A stretch of DNA of 63,899 nucleotides, filler included, from Atractiella rhizophila (taxonomy: Eukaryota), in NCBI GenBank assembly GCA_021432655.1. It is 6 parts of 5 records of this genome, joined end to end, with 100 filler letters (N's around TTAATTAATTAA, not from the genome) between each part and the next. Parts side by side here need not be neighbours in the genome. Positions count along the whole stretch, not along the records: positions 1 to 29,388 come from MU271252.1; 5 more parts are not named here. The stretch is one strand, 5' to 3'. Shown here one piece after another: positions 1-12,887 of this stretch. Numbering within the stretch: the first letter of the stretch is position 1; each line of letters begins with the position of its first letter. A program made the position numbers and the translations under genes. A model generated the notes under the pieces. The model had not been told where the DNA came from and ran no database searches. It worked only from the letters and a program-made list of their open reading frames with translations.

Positions 1-725
1 CAGGTTGGAACGTCCGGAGAGACCGACCATTGGGTTGGAAGGTGAAACTTGGAAGCCTTCTTCTAGCTTAGAGACTGTGAGAGCCTTCAGCCCCTCCGCT
101 GTTCACCATCAGCCACATTCAGCTGCCACATCGTAGGTGGAATGACGAGGAGATGAAGAGACGAACAATCAACCTCTTGCTCGCCACGAGAACTAAACAT
201 CCGGTCCTTAAACATCTGCAAGCTCGCCAACGCCAACCCTTCGCTCCTTCCTATCCTCACCTCCTCCTCCCCCGCTCCACGACCGCCGACAGTGTATCTC
301 CATTCGTTCCCCGCTCCAGCATCCACGAGCACGGAGACGACGACGAGATCCACCAAGCGGCGGGAGATCTCGATGGCGTCGAAGGAGGCGGATTGCCAGG
401 AGGTTATGAGTGCCTGTAAGGGATCGGGCGTGCCTGGCGTGGGAATGAGGTGGCGCCAACGACCGTGGGGTGGGATGGATGCATAATCGCCTGCATAATC
501 CCTCTGCCAGTCGAATGCAGCAGGTTAGCGTTCGATCGGGAGTAATGATGTGGAAGAAGAGCTCACTTCGATCAGTGACTGCACGAAATCGACTATGTCT
601 GTCTCTTTGGATAGATCCACGTCCCAGTACTCATTCTCGCCCTTCAGCGCTGCTTCAAACACTTTGGAGCATGTCTCACGGACTGCTGGGAGGGAGCGAA
701 GATATGTGACTCTTTCAGAGGACAT
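1..725 (-). CDS. URC4: DUF1688 / URC4-urg3 family protein (uracil catabolism), 5' part; runs off the window start
   Basis: Spliced translation MSSERVTYLRSLPAVRETCSKVFE...DYASIPPHGRWRHL...DLVVVSVLVDAGAGNEWRY...RSEGLALASLQMF carries the family motifs IPPHGRWRH, DAGAG and RSEGLA. ATG at 725. Confidence 0.85.
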
Positions 726-994
726 CTTGAGCTGATCAATCTCTAGCACTTATCGTGTTGTTCTTTGCACTACTTTACGTGTTCTGCAATCTCTGGAAGT
801 CTGCAATCTAGCTGCAATGGGTTCGAAGTTCGAAGTGGACGGGAGCTTAGTGTCGGAGTTGGGCAGGAGTAGTTCCGTAGTCGGAACGAAACTAATGGCT
901 TCTGTGTTTTGCTTAGCAGTAATGTGGCTAGGAAGGGCTCAATCATTGGCTGGGATGAATAATAGAACAAATTCAATGCAGAATCACCGTATCT

Positions 995-1444
995 CTACTT
1001 CTGAGTCGCACTCCACACATCCTTCAACACTATCGCCCACACCCACACAGAGTTTCAATCAGCACTCAACATTCCACAACCCGTCCAGACACGAGACATT
1101 GAACAACTCATAAGAGAAGAGAAAGAACTCACGTCCATCCTTCGTAGCCAGCCTGTTAATGCTGTCGTCGCTCTCTCCGATCCCCCTTACAGCTCCACAG
1201 AGCGCGTAGGTGATGTATTGCCCCGGAATCGCCTTGCCCTCCTCATCTACGGCGGCGAAGTTGAGCTGCACGGATGCGTGGTCCTTGCAGGTGATGAGAC
1301 GGTTGGTAGCGGCACATTTGCGGGGGACGTAGAGGTCCACAACATGTCCCTGTAGCACAGCAAGTCGTGAATTCGACCATAGCTCTCGCTGAAAGAAAAT
1401 ACAGTCTGTGGGGTTGAAGAAAAACTCACTTGATCGTTCTCCAT
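995..1444 (-). CDS. RPS21: 40S ribosomal protein eS21
   Basis: Three exons: MENDQ / [30 protein letters not shown]...[12 protein letters not shown] / [15 protein letters not shown] introns. Confidence 0.97.
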
Positions 1445-1707
1445 TTTTATTACGTGTAAAAGACTTGGACGCTCGTAAAGTGCAAAGGGAAAGCGGGACT
1501 GGCTGCTTGCAGAAAACTGATCTGTTGTTTGGGTATAAACCTTAATGTGCAACCAAAACAAACCTTATTGTCACCAAGTTGTCGCCCCAACCACAACCAC
1601 GTCAACTCGACACTCGCTTATTCCTACACTACAATAATCTCGCTGATAATATCACACACAGCAACTGCACTCAAAACACGCGAACATCCGACTTTGAAAG
1701 AGGAGAC

Positions 1708-4365
1708 ATGTCACTCTCCCCCGCCCAGTCTTCCGCACTCACCCAATACCAAGAAATCACCTCGCTCCCTCCGACGCTCGCCCGGCAAGTGCTCGAGAGG
1801 GAGGGATGGGATCTGCAGCGGGCAGTGGAAAAGTGGGTAGAGGACCCAAATTCCCTCACCGCCGCTGGTGCCGGGAATGTTAATGGGAGCGCAAGGGAAG
1901 AGGGGAGGTGGAAGGAGAAGGATGCGATGGAGAGCATGGAAATTGATGATTCGGAAGTGGTGGAGAGGAGACCGAGGGTGAATAGCGCTGGAGGTTGGGT
2001 GGAGACTGTGAAGAAGGTGCGTTCAGCTCTCATTCTACCTTGTCGCACTGCATTGCGGTGGTGGCGCTTTCTTGTGACAAGTGTCATGTTGGAGATGAGG
2101 AGGATGGAGCGAGAGGAGAGGTGGCCTTTCGTGTATACTTCCCTAACATGAGACAGTTCAGGCGAGTTATATAAGTTATATACCGAGGGTCGTCTGTCCC
2201 TTCTCTTCACTCTTCATGTTTGATTGGTGTGAGTAGAATGAATGATTCCATTGCAAGAAGGATTAATCTAATGACCTACCTTGGACTGAGCCTGGAGCAC
2301 ATAAAGGTGCTAAGTCATCCAAGCTCCACTTTCATCAGCGAGTGGCGCCATGACCCGTGGACTCCATCCATCTTGGGACCGAGCTGCTTGTCTTGTCCAA
2401 GTCATTCATCAACCAAACACCATTGTTCGCCCTGGATCCTTTGCTTCTCCGGTAGTAGCCAGCATTGTCTACATGGAACTACATTGGACTTCTCCTAAGA
2501 GGAATATGTTCAATGTGGCCAATGTTGTGCCGGAAGGTCGACTGTCAGAGAATTATTGATCGTTGAGGAACCTCTAGCATCGTGACGAATAACAGAAATA
2601 TGAAACAGCTGCTGTATATGCTGCTACCTCACATCTTCCTTTTAAGGGTGGAGTTGGTCATTGGGTAGGAACATGCGGTTTGGAGCATTTCTTACTATGA
2701 CTGGACTAGCGATTGAGCGTTGAAAGGAGTGCTATCTCAATGATCCTAGACTTAAAAAGGAATGTGGATGACATACGATTGGCAGCTCGTCATAGCCCTA
2801 CCAAGCATCGGCTACTTGTTGATAGGTGGCGGATGATGATTCAGGTTGCTTTACATCTGCAGAACTAAATGCCGCTGCTTTTGAGACTGTGGATAGAACT
2901 GTAGCATGCAATTTCCTCGCGCAATTTTTAAGGAACACAGATCGGACAACATTGCTGATCTGACCCTCAGGTTTTCTCGCAGATTTCACCGCTAATCACG
3001 CTCCCAATATCCTTAATTGCATCGCTTCTCTCCTTCATCACCCGCATCCTCCACCTCCGATCGCTCTTCCCCTATCTCGGCATTCTGCGCCCGCGAAATC
3101 CCTTCAGCCTCACCCCACGAAGCACTTTATCCCCAGCAGCAGCGGCTGAGCATTACATTCGGTTCCTTGAGGAGACAACAGGACACCTGCATCCAGAGTC
3201 TACGCCAGTTGGCACTGGCACTGGAGTGTTTGGAGAGGGCGGAAGCGGCTTGGTGCAGCGGAAGACGGGAGGGACCTCGAAGATGTTGCCAGAATTCTTG
3301 CGATGTGGCTACTCGGAGGCACTACAAGCGGCGAAGGACGAATTGAAGATTTTGATGGTCGTCCTGTCTAGTGCTGAGCATGAAGATGATGAAGGGTTCC
3401 GCAAGTTCGTGCTTTGTTCGTTCTCGTGCAACTTCATACTGACTTCTTCCACCCCTAGAACTGTGTTGACGGATCAGAATCTACGTCGGACAATAAGCGA
3501 GAATGACATCCTTGTTTGGGGTGGAGATATAAAATATCGAGACGCATTTCAGGCTTCCCAGACTTTAGCCATACCTCGCTTACCTACCGTTGCTTTCATT
3601 GCACTCCAACCACGGACAACTCCTACTACACTCTCATCGCACACACGGACGGCGGTAGACCCTGTCATGAAGATGTTCTCACGTCTTTCAGGCTCTCCCT
3701 CTTCTACCACATCGCCCAACTCCATAATCATGCACATCCAGAACTCCGTCCTCCCCCGCGTTTCGCCCTTCCTTGGTCGGCTGAGGGTGCAGAAGAGGCA
3801 AAGGGAAGAAGAGCGGGAACTCCGACGACGGCAAGATGAGGAGTATGAGCGCGCGGTCAGAAAGGATACGGAGAGGGTGCTAGCCAAGAGGCGAGAAGAG
3901 GAAGAGAAGGAACGGCGCAGACAAGAAGGGATCGAGAAGGAGCGACTGAGAGCACAGATGGAACAGAAGCGCCAAAGATGGAGAGAGTGGGCGGCAGTTA
4001 ACCTCGTCCCAGAAGAGTGGCGAGGGCCGGGAGGAGCGAAGGTTGCTGTCAAGTTGACGGATGGGAGACGACTCATCAGAACTTTTAAGGAGGATGAATC
4101 CACGACCATCGTGTATGCTTGGATCGAATGTGAAGCCAACGGTGTCCACATAGCCCCTTCTCCCTCTCCTTCACCTTCTCCTGTTAAGGAGGGGTACGAT
4201 TTCACCTTCAAATTGGTCATGACTTTCCCGAGAAAGGTAGTCGAGAAGGGATTGGCTTTGAAGGATGTTGGAGGGATGGTACCGAATGCGAATTTGGTTG
4301 TTGAGTCTTTAGACGGTGGAAATGGCGGTAGTCATACAGATGAGGAGGAGGAAGAGGAGGATTAG
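1708..4365 (+). CDS. UBX-domain Cdc48/p97 cofactor (UBA-like, hydrophobic hairpin, UAS, coiled coil, UBX; FAF2/UBXD8-like)
   Basis: N-terminal ALTQYQEIT...VLEREGWDLQRAV (UBA-like); LPEFLRCGYSEALQAAKDELK (UAS); RELRRRQDEEYERAVRKD; KLTDGRRLIRTF...LVMTFPRK (UBX FPR motif). 954-nt intron at 2017-2970. Confidence 0.9.
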
Positions 4366-4681
4366 AGTGACCACCTTATCATACCACCATTAATTTGTCC
4401 GTTTCTGCATCTATCTTATTGCACAGCACTTTCTCGACATAAACAAACGCGCTTCTCAGAATTGCGCGTTGAAAGCAGCTGATTGAATACTTTTCCCATC
4501 GCCAGTACTGTCCCCATCAATCCACACATTCTGACAACTAACTTCTCGGCATTGAGACAGGATCACAGAGACGACTGCTCTCGAGAACTCAGATCTGCTC
4601 TATTCAACGAGACTATTCTCGTTTGATCGCACACAACGCTCGAGTATATTTTATTACAATAATATCATCGCTAAACACTGC

Positions 4682-6450
4682 TCAATCCCAGTTACCATGC
4701 AGCCAATCTTCATAACCCAAACCCCCTTCGTTCCAAAGCATCGCAAATCGCTTGCCGTCGTAGAGGAAGTTATCTCTTCCCCCTTCATCCCAAAGGGCCA
4801 TTTCCGTCTCCTTATCAGGCGATTCATCAGCTTCCCTCAGATTGAGTGTGAAATCGTCAAGAGTCCATGGGATATCGCCGAAATAGCATGTCCACGCGAA
4901 TTCGAACTTTTCTCTACCCGCGAAAGGAGCTTGAGAGGCGTGAAAACGTATAAAATCTACAATGGTGGATACATCGAGGTAGCAGTATTGCAACTGCAAT
5001 TCTTCGAGATGCGGACAGGTGAGGTCCTGAAGAAATGTGGGGGATATGACATTGGAGGCAGCGTGCGCCGCATCGATATAAAGTACTCGTAGCTCTGTTT
5101 GAGTGTCAATCGAGTATTTCGTAAAGAAGAAGAAGCGGTACCTGTGAAGCAGTGGAAGTAGGAATCAAGTGATTCAGGCAGGCGCAACATTTTTGTCTCT
5201 TGAACATGCGTTTGATGAGGGAAAAGTTCCAAGTAGAAAGTACGAGTGCACTGCTTTCGCGGCAACATAAATTGAATAACATCCGAGGGCTGTATTAGAT
5301 AGGGAAAGAAAGTGTTGAAGTGAAATCGATACATCTGAGCTGGGGCGACAGTTCTGACTGGGACAAGGTGAAGTGCCAACTCTTCGAACACCGCTTTCGA
5401 GAGTTTATTTGACTTAAGAACAATTTCAGTGAGACATTCCGAGACCCTTGTTCCTGAAAAATTGGCTGGCTGAGTGAGGTCCCATCCGATGATGAACAGA
5501 CAGGCAACCGATAAACCGTTGGAGAGTAGCTGAACGAGATCCTCTGTGTTCCAACGCGTGGAGCCATGGCTCTTCCTTCCAGTCAGCTGAAGGTTCTTCA
5601 GGCTCGGAATCTTTGACAGTGCGTTTAAGGTCGTCACTCTATCCTTTGGTGGTGGAAGAAAGATGGCGAGCCACTCTAGATTCTCGGCAAAATTCAGAAT
5701 TCGGCGAAGATTCTTCCAGATGCGTTCCGGGTTCCCACCCATTTCTTTCAGGATTAGTCTTCTCAAATATGGCGCTGAGTAGTTGGGATATGCCCGAAAC
5801 AGCCTCAAGGGATCGATAAATCCTGCACTAGATACTCCAGGCGAAGAGACCGTCAAGCTCCAAGGCTTTTCGAACGATCCAAACACTTTACAAAGAGTCG
5901 TCAATCCAAATATCGAAAAGCGCCTGTTCACTAGTCTAAGGCGCTGGAGATGCCGGAAGAGGGTAGCATCGCCACGAGTGTACAGTTGCATATCTCGCAG
6001 CTTGATCATCGAAGAAAAAATCAAATGTATGAGCTCATTGGAGAGAGCGGCAAAAGGATCTTGAGTCCATTGCTCGAAGATCGAAATGTCGAGTTGAACC
6101 CCTTCTGTGCCTTCAAATGTGGTCGAGATATAAATCCTGGGGCATTGCTCTGAATATTCGGATTCTGATACGAAATCTGTTAATTGGAGAGAAGCTGAGA
6201 TCCGTGACCTCGCCGGCTGCACGTAGATATTAAAACGGGAGGTCTCATCCAAAGACGGTTCGATTTGTAAGCAAACTGGATATCTGGATTCGTCAGCATT
6301 GTCAAGACTTGAGACTGTGCCTAAAATATTGAGGTAAAGCTGAGACTTCGACTCTTGCCAGATCGTCTGTGCCGCTGAGGAGAATCGAACATTAACAGAT
6401 AAGGCGTCCTCCTCATCTAGCTTTGTGAAACCAACGAGTCCGAGCAACAT
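4682..6450 (-). CDS. F-box-like / LRR-like hypothetical protein
   Basis: 497-aa ORF with DPFAALSNELIHLIF (F-box-like) followed by LRR-like LRRLIL/LEWLAI/LKNLQL segments; continues in ORF 4682-4999. Boundaries approximate. Confidence 0.55.
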
Positions 6451-7357
6451 GGGATTCCTGGAAATGGAAGGGTTGTGCTGCGGATCTCATGTGCGGAGTC
6501 AATTCAGCCACCGATTGTGATGGGAATCAGTGATAGAACGATTGAGCACAGGGTCTTTTCATACCTCTCCACCAGGCTGAACCTGGAGGCGACTGAAGCA
6601 GAGTGTGAGACACGTGCTAGATCCTATCTCCCGTCCTCAGGTCAATTAAGAATGCTAGGTATGGAAGTAAGTGTTTTAAAAGGTCCAACAGCCTGTTAGT
6701 TCGATTCACTAACCTTTCACTCTCATCATTCAATCAAGTGTAAACTCTTTTTATAGCACAATATTTACTCAAAACCAAAGCTCTCGGTATGATGGATATT
6801 CAACGTGGCCTCAGAACACAGACTTCACCTCAGCGTCATCTGCATGACTTGGCAAGAGTTACTTGGTGGGATGACGAGGTATTGGTTGGCTGTAGCTCTA
6901 AATATCATGCAGGATTTTGCCCACGTCTTGAAATGAAGTCACATGTTCTATCTCACTAAGTACATTTGATTGAATATTCAGGGCAGACTTTAGTTCATTT
7001 ATCGCTCCGCATGATCTAATTTCGAGCTGCATCAACACAGAGGATGGACATGTCCACAATGCAAAAGCAGAAACAGATCTAAAGGTCACAACAGGTCACT
7101 TCACTTTCTGCCGCAGGCCGCAGACTGATAGCACACCTGGAATTTTCCCATCTTCATAATTTTACACTGATTCACAAGTGCCAATCCCGTCCCATGTCCC
7201 ACTTGCACAAGGCACACTTCTTCTCGACCTTATTGTGTTTTGTTACGCGCTCCATCTCAGACTCATAGGGTTAGGGTCGAGAACGCGTCAACCTCCTCGT
7301 CCAAGCCCACAACGAACGATCTCTCGAGCGCTTCTGCCCTGCAGTCTATTGATCAGC

Positions 7358-9539
7358 ATGTCGTGCGTTTTCTTCTGCTCATTCGGCCTTGTAACTGATA
7401 CTATCCGCATTACAGACGAAGTTACGACCGTGCTCTTACTGTCTTCTCGCCTGATGGCCATCTCTTCCAAGTCGAATATGCGGGAGAAGCAGTCAAGAGA
7501 GGAACTTGTGCAGTAGGTGTGAGAGGAAAGGGTGTGGCTGTCCTTGGAGTTGAGAAGAAAAGCACACTTCAACTTCAGGATCCCAGAACTGTTAGGAAAG
7601 TTGTGGTTGTGGACGAGCATGTTGTGCTTGCTTTTGCTGGTAAGTAATCTCCTACGAAGTGAGCAGATGGCATGAGCAGGTCTTTCTATGGTGCATGTGA
7701 TCCAGCTATTGAAGCAGTATGTGCTTGACGGAGGACGTGAGTCTATGCCGGAATGGCATAGGATGTCACAGTTTATTTATTAGCGCTGCTTTGATACCCG
7801 CTCTTCTTCATGACAAAATACTCTCTATTGTGCTCTCGCCAAGCGATGTGGAAGTTATGCAATCGTGCGGCAAAGTTGGGCTCTCTTGGTTCATGCTCAG
7901 ATTTGAGATAATACCATAAAACAAGATGAAACGAGAAGGATCTATGTGTTAAACATACCCATCTGCAGGCTCAGCAAAGGTTCCTAGGATGAGGTGATAA
8001 GACCTTTCGTAAAAGGAGCAAGCCCTATACAAACTTACACAATTAGGCGCTTGCCGTGATACACTGGAATCTTTAGACTCAAAGATGCCTCTTTTTGCTT
8101 AGTATAGTACCCTCTGTATCTTCCTTTCTCACATCATCTTGACGTAGTTTGCGTTTCGTCGTAAACATTCGCTGTCCCAGTGATCACTTTGGTTATTGAT
8201 GATTTACTGCCTGAGAACCGAAGTGGGATTGATGAGAGCGCTGCTTTCCGTCACGGTGAGATAGGAGCATACTTTCTTTCGCACTAGACTCGGTTCCTCT
8301 TGGTCTTTGTAATACCATGCTACGTTTCTTCTTCATGCCTCGTTTCAAGTCGGCATCGTGGACGCGTCAGTCAGCTGCCTCCATTTGTTACTTTTGGCCA
8401 CTACAGCAATTGGTCATGCAATCTGGCTCTACCCCTTTTCTTCTGATCCCTTGATAAGCACTTATTTATCACGGATGGTTTCATCTATTGTCTTGCATGC
8501 ACCTGCTTATTCTATGTATGGCGAGAGCACATGTGCCATTGTGTTTGCGATTTTGACTGTGTGAAAGATCGCCATGCTTTCAACAGTTTCTATTTCGTAG
8601 GAAGGATGCTCATTCCCTGTTCTTCTGTTATTGAATTAACACTATCCGCTCGCATCCTCCCGACGTATAGGTCGGAAAAGGCATGAAATAGGAAACGTCC
8701 ATTTTCCTATCTCTTAGTCAGGATTTCTACACGCTCCCGAAGCCTATAAGTGATATTCTGTCTCATAACCACTTGTGTCCTCCAAATTAAAGATCGGTCC
8801 TCTAATCCCTGTTGCAACTCAGGTCTCACAGCAGATGCTCGTATTCTCATCGACAAGGCACGCATAGAGTGCCAATCCCACCGCCTTACTGTCGAGGACC
8901 CCGTTACTGTTGAATACATCACACGGCACATTGCTGGAATTCAACAAGTTTGCCTTCCTTTGCGTTCTAGAACTTAGCTGATATGCGTCACAGCGATACA
9001 CCCAATCCGGAGGAGTGCGTCCATTCGGTATTTCAACCCTTATCGTTGGTTTCGATCAAGATGGTGGGGACGAGCACGGAAATGTTGTCAAATCCCAACC
9101 GAAAATTTATACCACCGAGCCCTCTGGTATCTACAGCGCATGGAAGGTTGGTGGTATCTATGCCAATGCACCTCGCTTATGTGTGTGGCATAGGCTGTCG
9201 CTATAGGGCGGTCGTCAAAGACCGTGCGGGAGTTCTTGGAGAAAAATTGGAAGGCGGATCTGGAGGCTGAAGAGGCGATCAAGTTGACAATTAAGTCTCT
9301 GCTGGAGGTCGTTCAGACTGGAGCAAAGAACATTGAAGTTGCAGTTGTTGAAGGCTTTGGACAGATCCGAGTACAACTTTATTCACATTGCAAACGATTT
9401 CTGACTGGGTTGTTAGAACCTGACGCTGGAGGAAATCACAAAGGTAGTGCAAGAGATTGAGAAGGAGAAGGAGGCAGAGCAGGAGAGGAAGAGGAATAGA
9501 TTGGCAGCTACTGCTGCAGGCCAAGCGGCCATGCGTTAA
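7358..9539 (+). CDS. PRE6: 20S proteasome subunit alpha4 (PSMA7)
   Basis: [20 protein letters not shown]...LAFAG / [34 protein letters not shown]...[20 protein letters not shown]...[15 protein letters not shown]. 1183-nt intron at 7640-8822. Confidence 0.95.
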
Positions 9540-11891
9540 GAGACCGTGTCCAGAAAGAAAAGTTTGTCCTTTCCAGTCACAGCAGTTTGTTAGCTCACTC
9601 TGAAGTTCTAGAGTTCTATCCAATGCAGAAATGCTATGCTCGCCAGAGTTTTCAAACTTTGACTGCCTTGTTTCTGGATCCTTGTCTCTCGGCCTTGCAG
9701 AAGATGCTGCACTACAGTACCTCCTACTAGTTGCAACCTCGTTGTGACCCAACAGATAATCCGTCCAATTGAAGGGGAGATTGCCATTCTCATTCTAGGG
9801 TGTGGTGAGCTCCATATCACTTGCTGTAAGATTCGTCGAGAATAAACTTGGAGTTTTACGTCGGATGGTACTTCTACCGGCTTTGGATCTGCTTTAGCTT
9901 CCGTCGTCCTCAAGCCAGTAGACTGCCATATCGCACCACATTTAACCGTTCCTGGGGAAAGATGAAAACCCTCCAACAAGAGCAGCTAGGTTTCAACCTT
10001 CTCCCAATGGGCCTCCATTCGCTTGCTGTTCTCCATTGCGGATACTACTGATGTGACGTAGCTTAACATGCTGAAGACCAAATCGTGGGGGATTTGAATA
10101 TTCTTTGAAGTCACCACCTCGAAGGTGTCGACAAGATTCGCAATCCGAGGAGAGGAGTCGCAACGCCAAGTGAAGAGAATGAATGCAGCGGTGTCGCAAG
10201 GGGAAGGGCGGGGTGATTCAATTCATAGCTCGGCGGCGGGCGAACGGGCTTAAAAAGGGAACGTTGGGATTTCGCCTTTCCTTTCTCCTTTCTGACTTCA
10301 GGAGGCAGGAACTCTGGATTGAAGGAGCAGGGTCGTGGAATATGTGATGTTGGGAAGTGAGGTGGTGGTGGTAAAATAAGAGAAAGAAGTCAGGGTCCGC
10401 ATTTTCATTTGTTTTACCCGTGGAGGTAGTAAGCACACTTTATTGCTTGCACGTCTCTTGAGAACTTGCCAAGGTCCGGCGCGCTGGCATTCAATAAATC
10501 AGTGTTTGGTTATTCCTAAAGCATTCAGGAAGTAAAAGCAGTTTCTGCTTGTACTGAGTTGCTGGTGGCCTAAGCAGCACTGTGAGATTGCATGTCGATG
10601 CACTGCACACCTTCAACGCGAGTGCGTCGGACCGAGTACAACTTTATTCACATTGCAAACGATTTCTGACTGGGTTGTTAGAACCTGACGCTGGAGGAAA
10701 TCACGAAGGTAGTGCAAGAGATTGAGAAGGAGAAAGAGGCAGAGCAGGAGAGGAAGAGGAATAGATTGGCAGCTACTGCTGCAGGCCAAGCGGCCATGCG
10801 TTAAGAGACCATGTCCAGAAAGAAAAGTTTGTCCTTTCCAGTCACAGCGGTTTGTTAGCTCACTCTGAAGTTCTAGTGTTCTATCCATTGCAGAAATGCT
10901 ATGCTCGCCAGAGTTCTCAAACTTTGACCGTCTTATTTCTGGAGCCTTGTCTCTCGGCCTTGCAAAAGATGCTGCACTACGATAGTTGCAACCTCGTTGT
11001 TGACCAAGCAGATAATCCGGCCAATTGAATGGAAGATTGGCATTCTCATTCTAGAGTGTGGTGAGCTCCATATCACTTGCTATAAGATTCGTCGAGAATA
11101 AACATTGGAGTTTTACGTCGGATGCTACTTCTACCGGCTTTGGAATCTGCTTCAGCTTCCGTCGTCCTCAAGCGCCAGTAGACTGCCATATCGCACTACA
11201 TTTAACCGTTCCTGGTGAAAGATGAAAACCCTCCAACAAGAGCACCTCGGTTTCAACCTCTCCCAAAGGACCTCCATTCGCTTGCTGTTCTCCATTGCGG
11301 ATACTACTGATGTGACGTAGCTTAACATGCTGAAGACCAAGTCGTGGGGGATTTGAATATTCTTTCAAGTCACCTCCTCGAAGCTGTCGACAAGATTCGC
11401 AATCCGAGGAGAGGAGGCGCAACGCCAAGCGAAGAGAATGAATGCAGCGGGTGTCGCAAGGGGAAGGGCGGGGTGATTCAATTCATAGCTCGGCGGCGGG
11501 CGAACGGGCTTAAAAAGAGAACGTTGGGATTTCGCCTTTCCTTTTTCCTTTCTGACTTCAGGAGGCAGGAACTCTGGATTGAAGGAGCAGGGTCGTGGAA
11601 ATGTGATGTTGGGAAGTGAGGTGGTGGTATGGTAAAATAAGAGAAAGAAGTCAGGGTCCGCATTTTCATTTGTTTCCCCGTGGAGGTAGTAAGCACACTT
11701 TATTGCTTGCAATTCTCTTGAGAACTTGCCAAGGTCCGGCGCGCTGGCATTCAATAAATCAGTGTTTGGTTATCCCTAAAGCATTCAGGAAGTAAAAGCA
11801 GTTTCTGCTTGTACTGAGTTGCTGGTGGCCTAAGCAGCAGTGTGAGATTGCATGTCGATGCACTGCACACCTTCAACGCGAGTGCGTCGGA
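9367..11891. repeat. Tandem near-identical duplication: 9367-10631 and 10632-11891 (last PRE6 exon plus downstream DNA)
   Basis: Both units start CCGAGTACAACTTTATTCAC and end ...AACGCGAGTGCGTCGGA, with scattered substitutions and 1-few nt indels. Confidence 0.95.
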
Positions 11892-11999
11892 AGACAGGCG
11901 ATTCACGTCCGCCATTAGGCATCCGCCGTATTGAAACGGCTCAGCCCACCTGCTTGCGAAACAGTTTCCTTTCAGTCGGTCGGTCATAGTCACCTCTGG

Positions 12000-12820
12000 C
12001 CAAGGTCTCCGCATCCTGATTCCAGCTTGACCTGCTCCCCATCAGCTCCCCACGATATACACAACCATACTCCTGTCATTACCTCCCGAAGGTGAACAGA
12101 TCGGCCGTTATTCCTTTGACTGCCGGTGACGTGCGCTTCGAAGGTTTAATTTCACCTGTCCATTTGCGAGTTCTCGTCGTCGTGAAATCGACGAGCATGC
12201 CAAACGGCGCTGCTGCTTCCAACCGAGTTTTTCTTGCATAATGTCAAGCACTTTCCTTGCTTGTTCACTGGTGGGGACAACTCGAAAATAGTACAGTAAC
12301 TCTGTCATTTCGTTTCCTCCTCTCTCCTGGCTCCTGGTGCTTCGCGACAAATTTCAGAAATGTGGAGCTCCACACTTCCCCCGGAGTTTTCATCGAGCGA
12401 TGGACCTAAGACGCGTGACGTGCTTGCGAGAGAGAGATGAGATCATGATGTCAGCCTTTCCGTCTCCTCTACTTCTGGTGAGATTCTCCAGACGCGGCAG
12501 AGGAACGGCAGGCTCCGAAAGAGCTTTATCTGGGGCAGAATAGAGTGCCAAAGATAGGGCATTTGTCGTCCTAGCGGTTGAAAGGGATTGCGGGCCGTAT
12601 CGAAGCTTGAGAGCTCACGAAAGAGGTTGCAAAGGTTGAACGGGTTGTGCGTTGAAAGGTCAGCTGCAGTCCTAGATCTTTCAATTTGAGCATGATTTTT
12701 TCGACTAACTTTGCGAACACATGGAGGATGACGATCTCATTCTTCGCCTCCACCATCCTCATCCGATCCTCTTCCCCATAAATACTACTCGACAGTTGTT
12801 CAAACCCCACCTCTCTGGTT
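12000..12820. promoter_or_regulatory. Cluster of CreA/Mig1-type SYGGRG sites upstream of the sugar transporter
   Basis: About ten matches on both strands (near 12007, 12047, 12271, 12362, 12368, 12378, 12381, 12486, 12530, 12748, 12805), against roughly 3-4 expected at even base composition. Confidence 0.35.
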
Positions 12821-12887
12821 CTACCTGTGCCCTTTGCACCTCGAACGTCCGCGAAAGAAACGGAGTGAGAGAAAAAAACAAGGCGAG

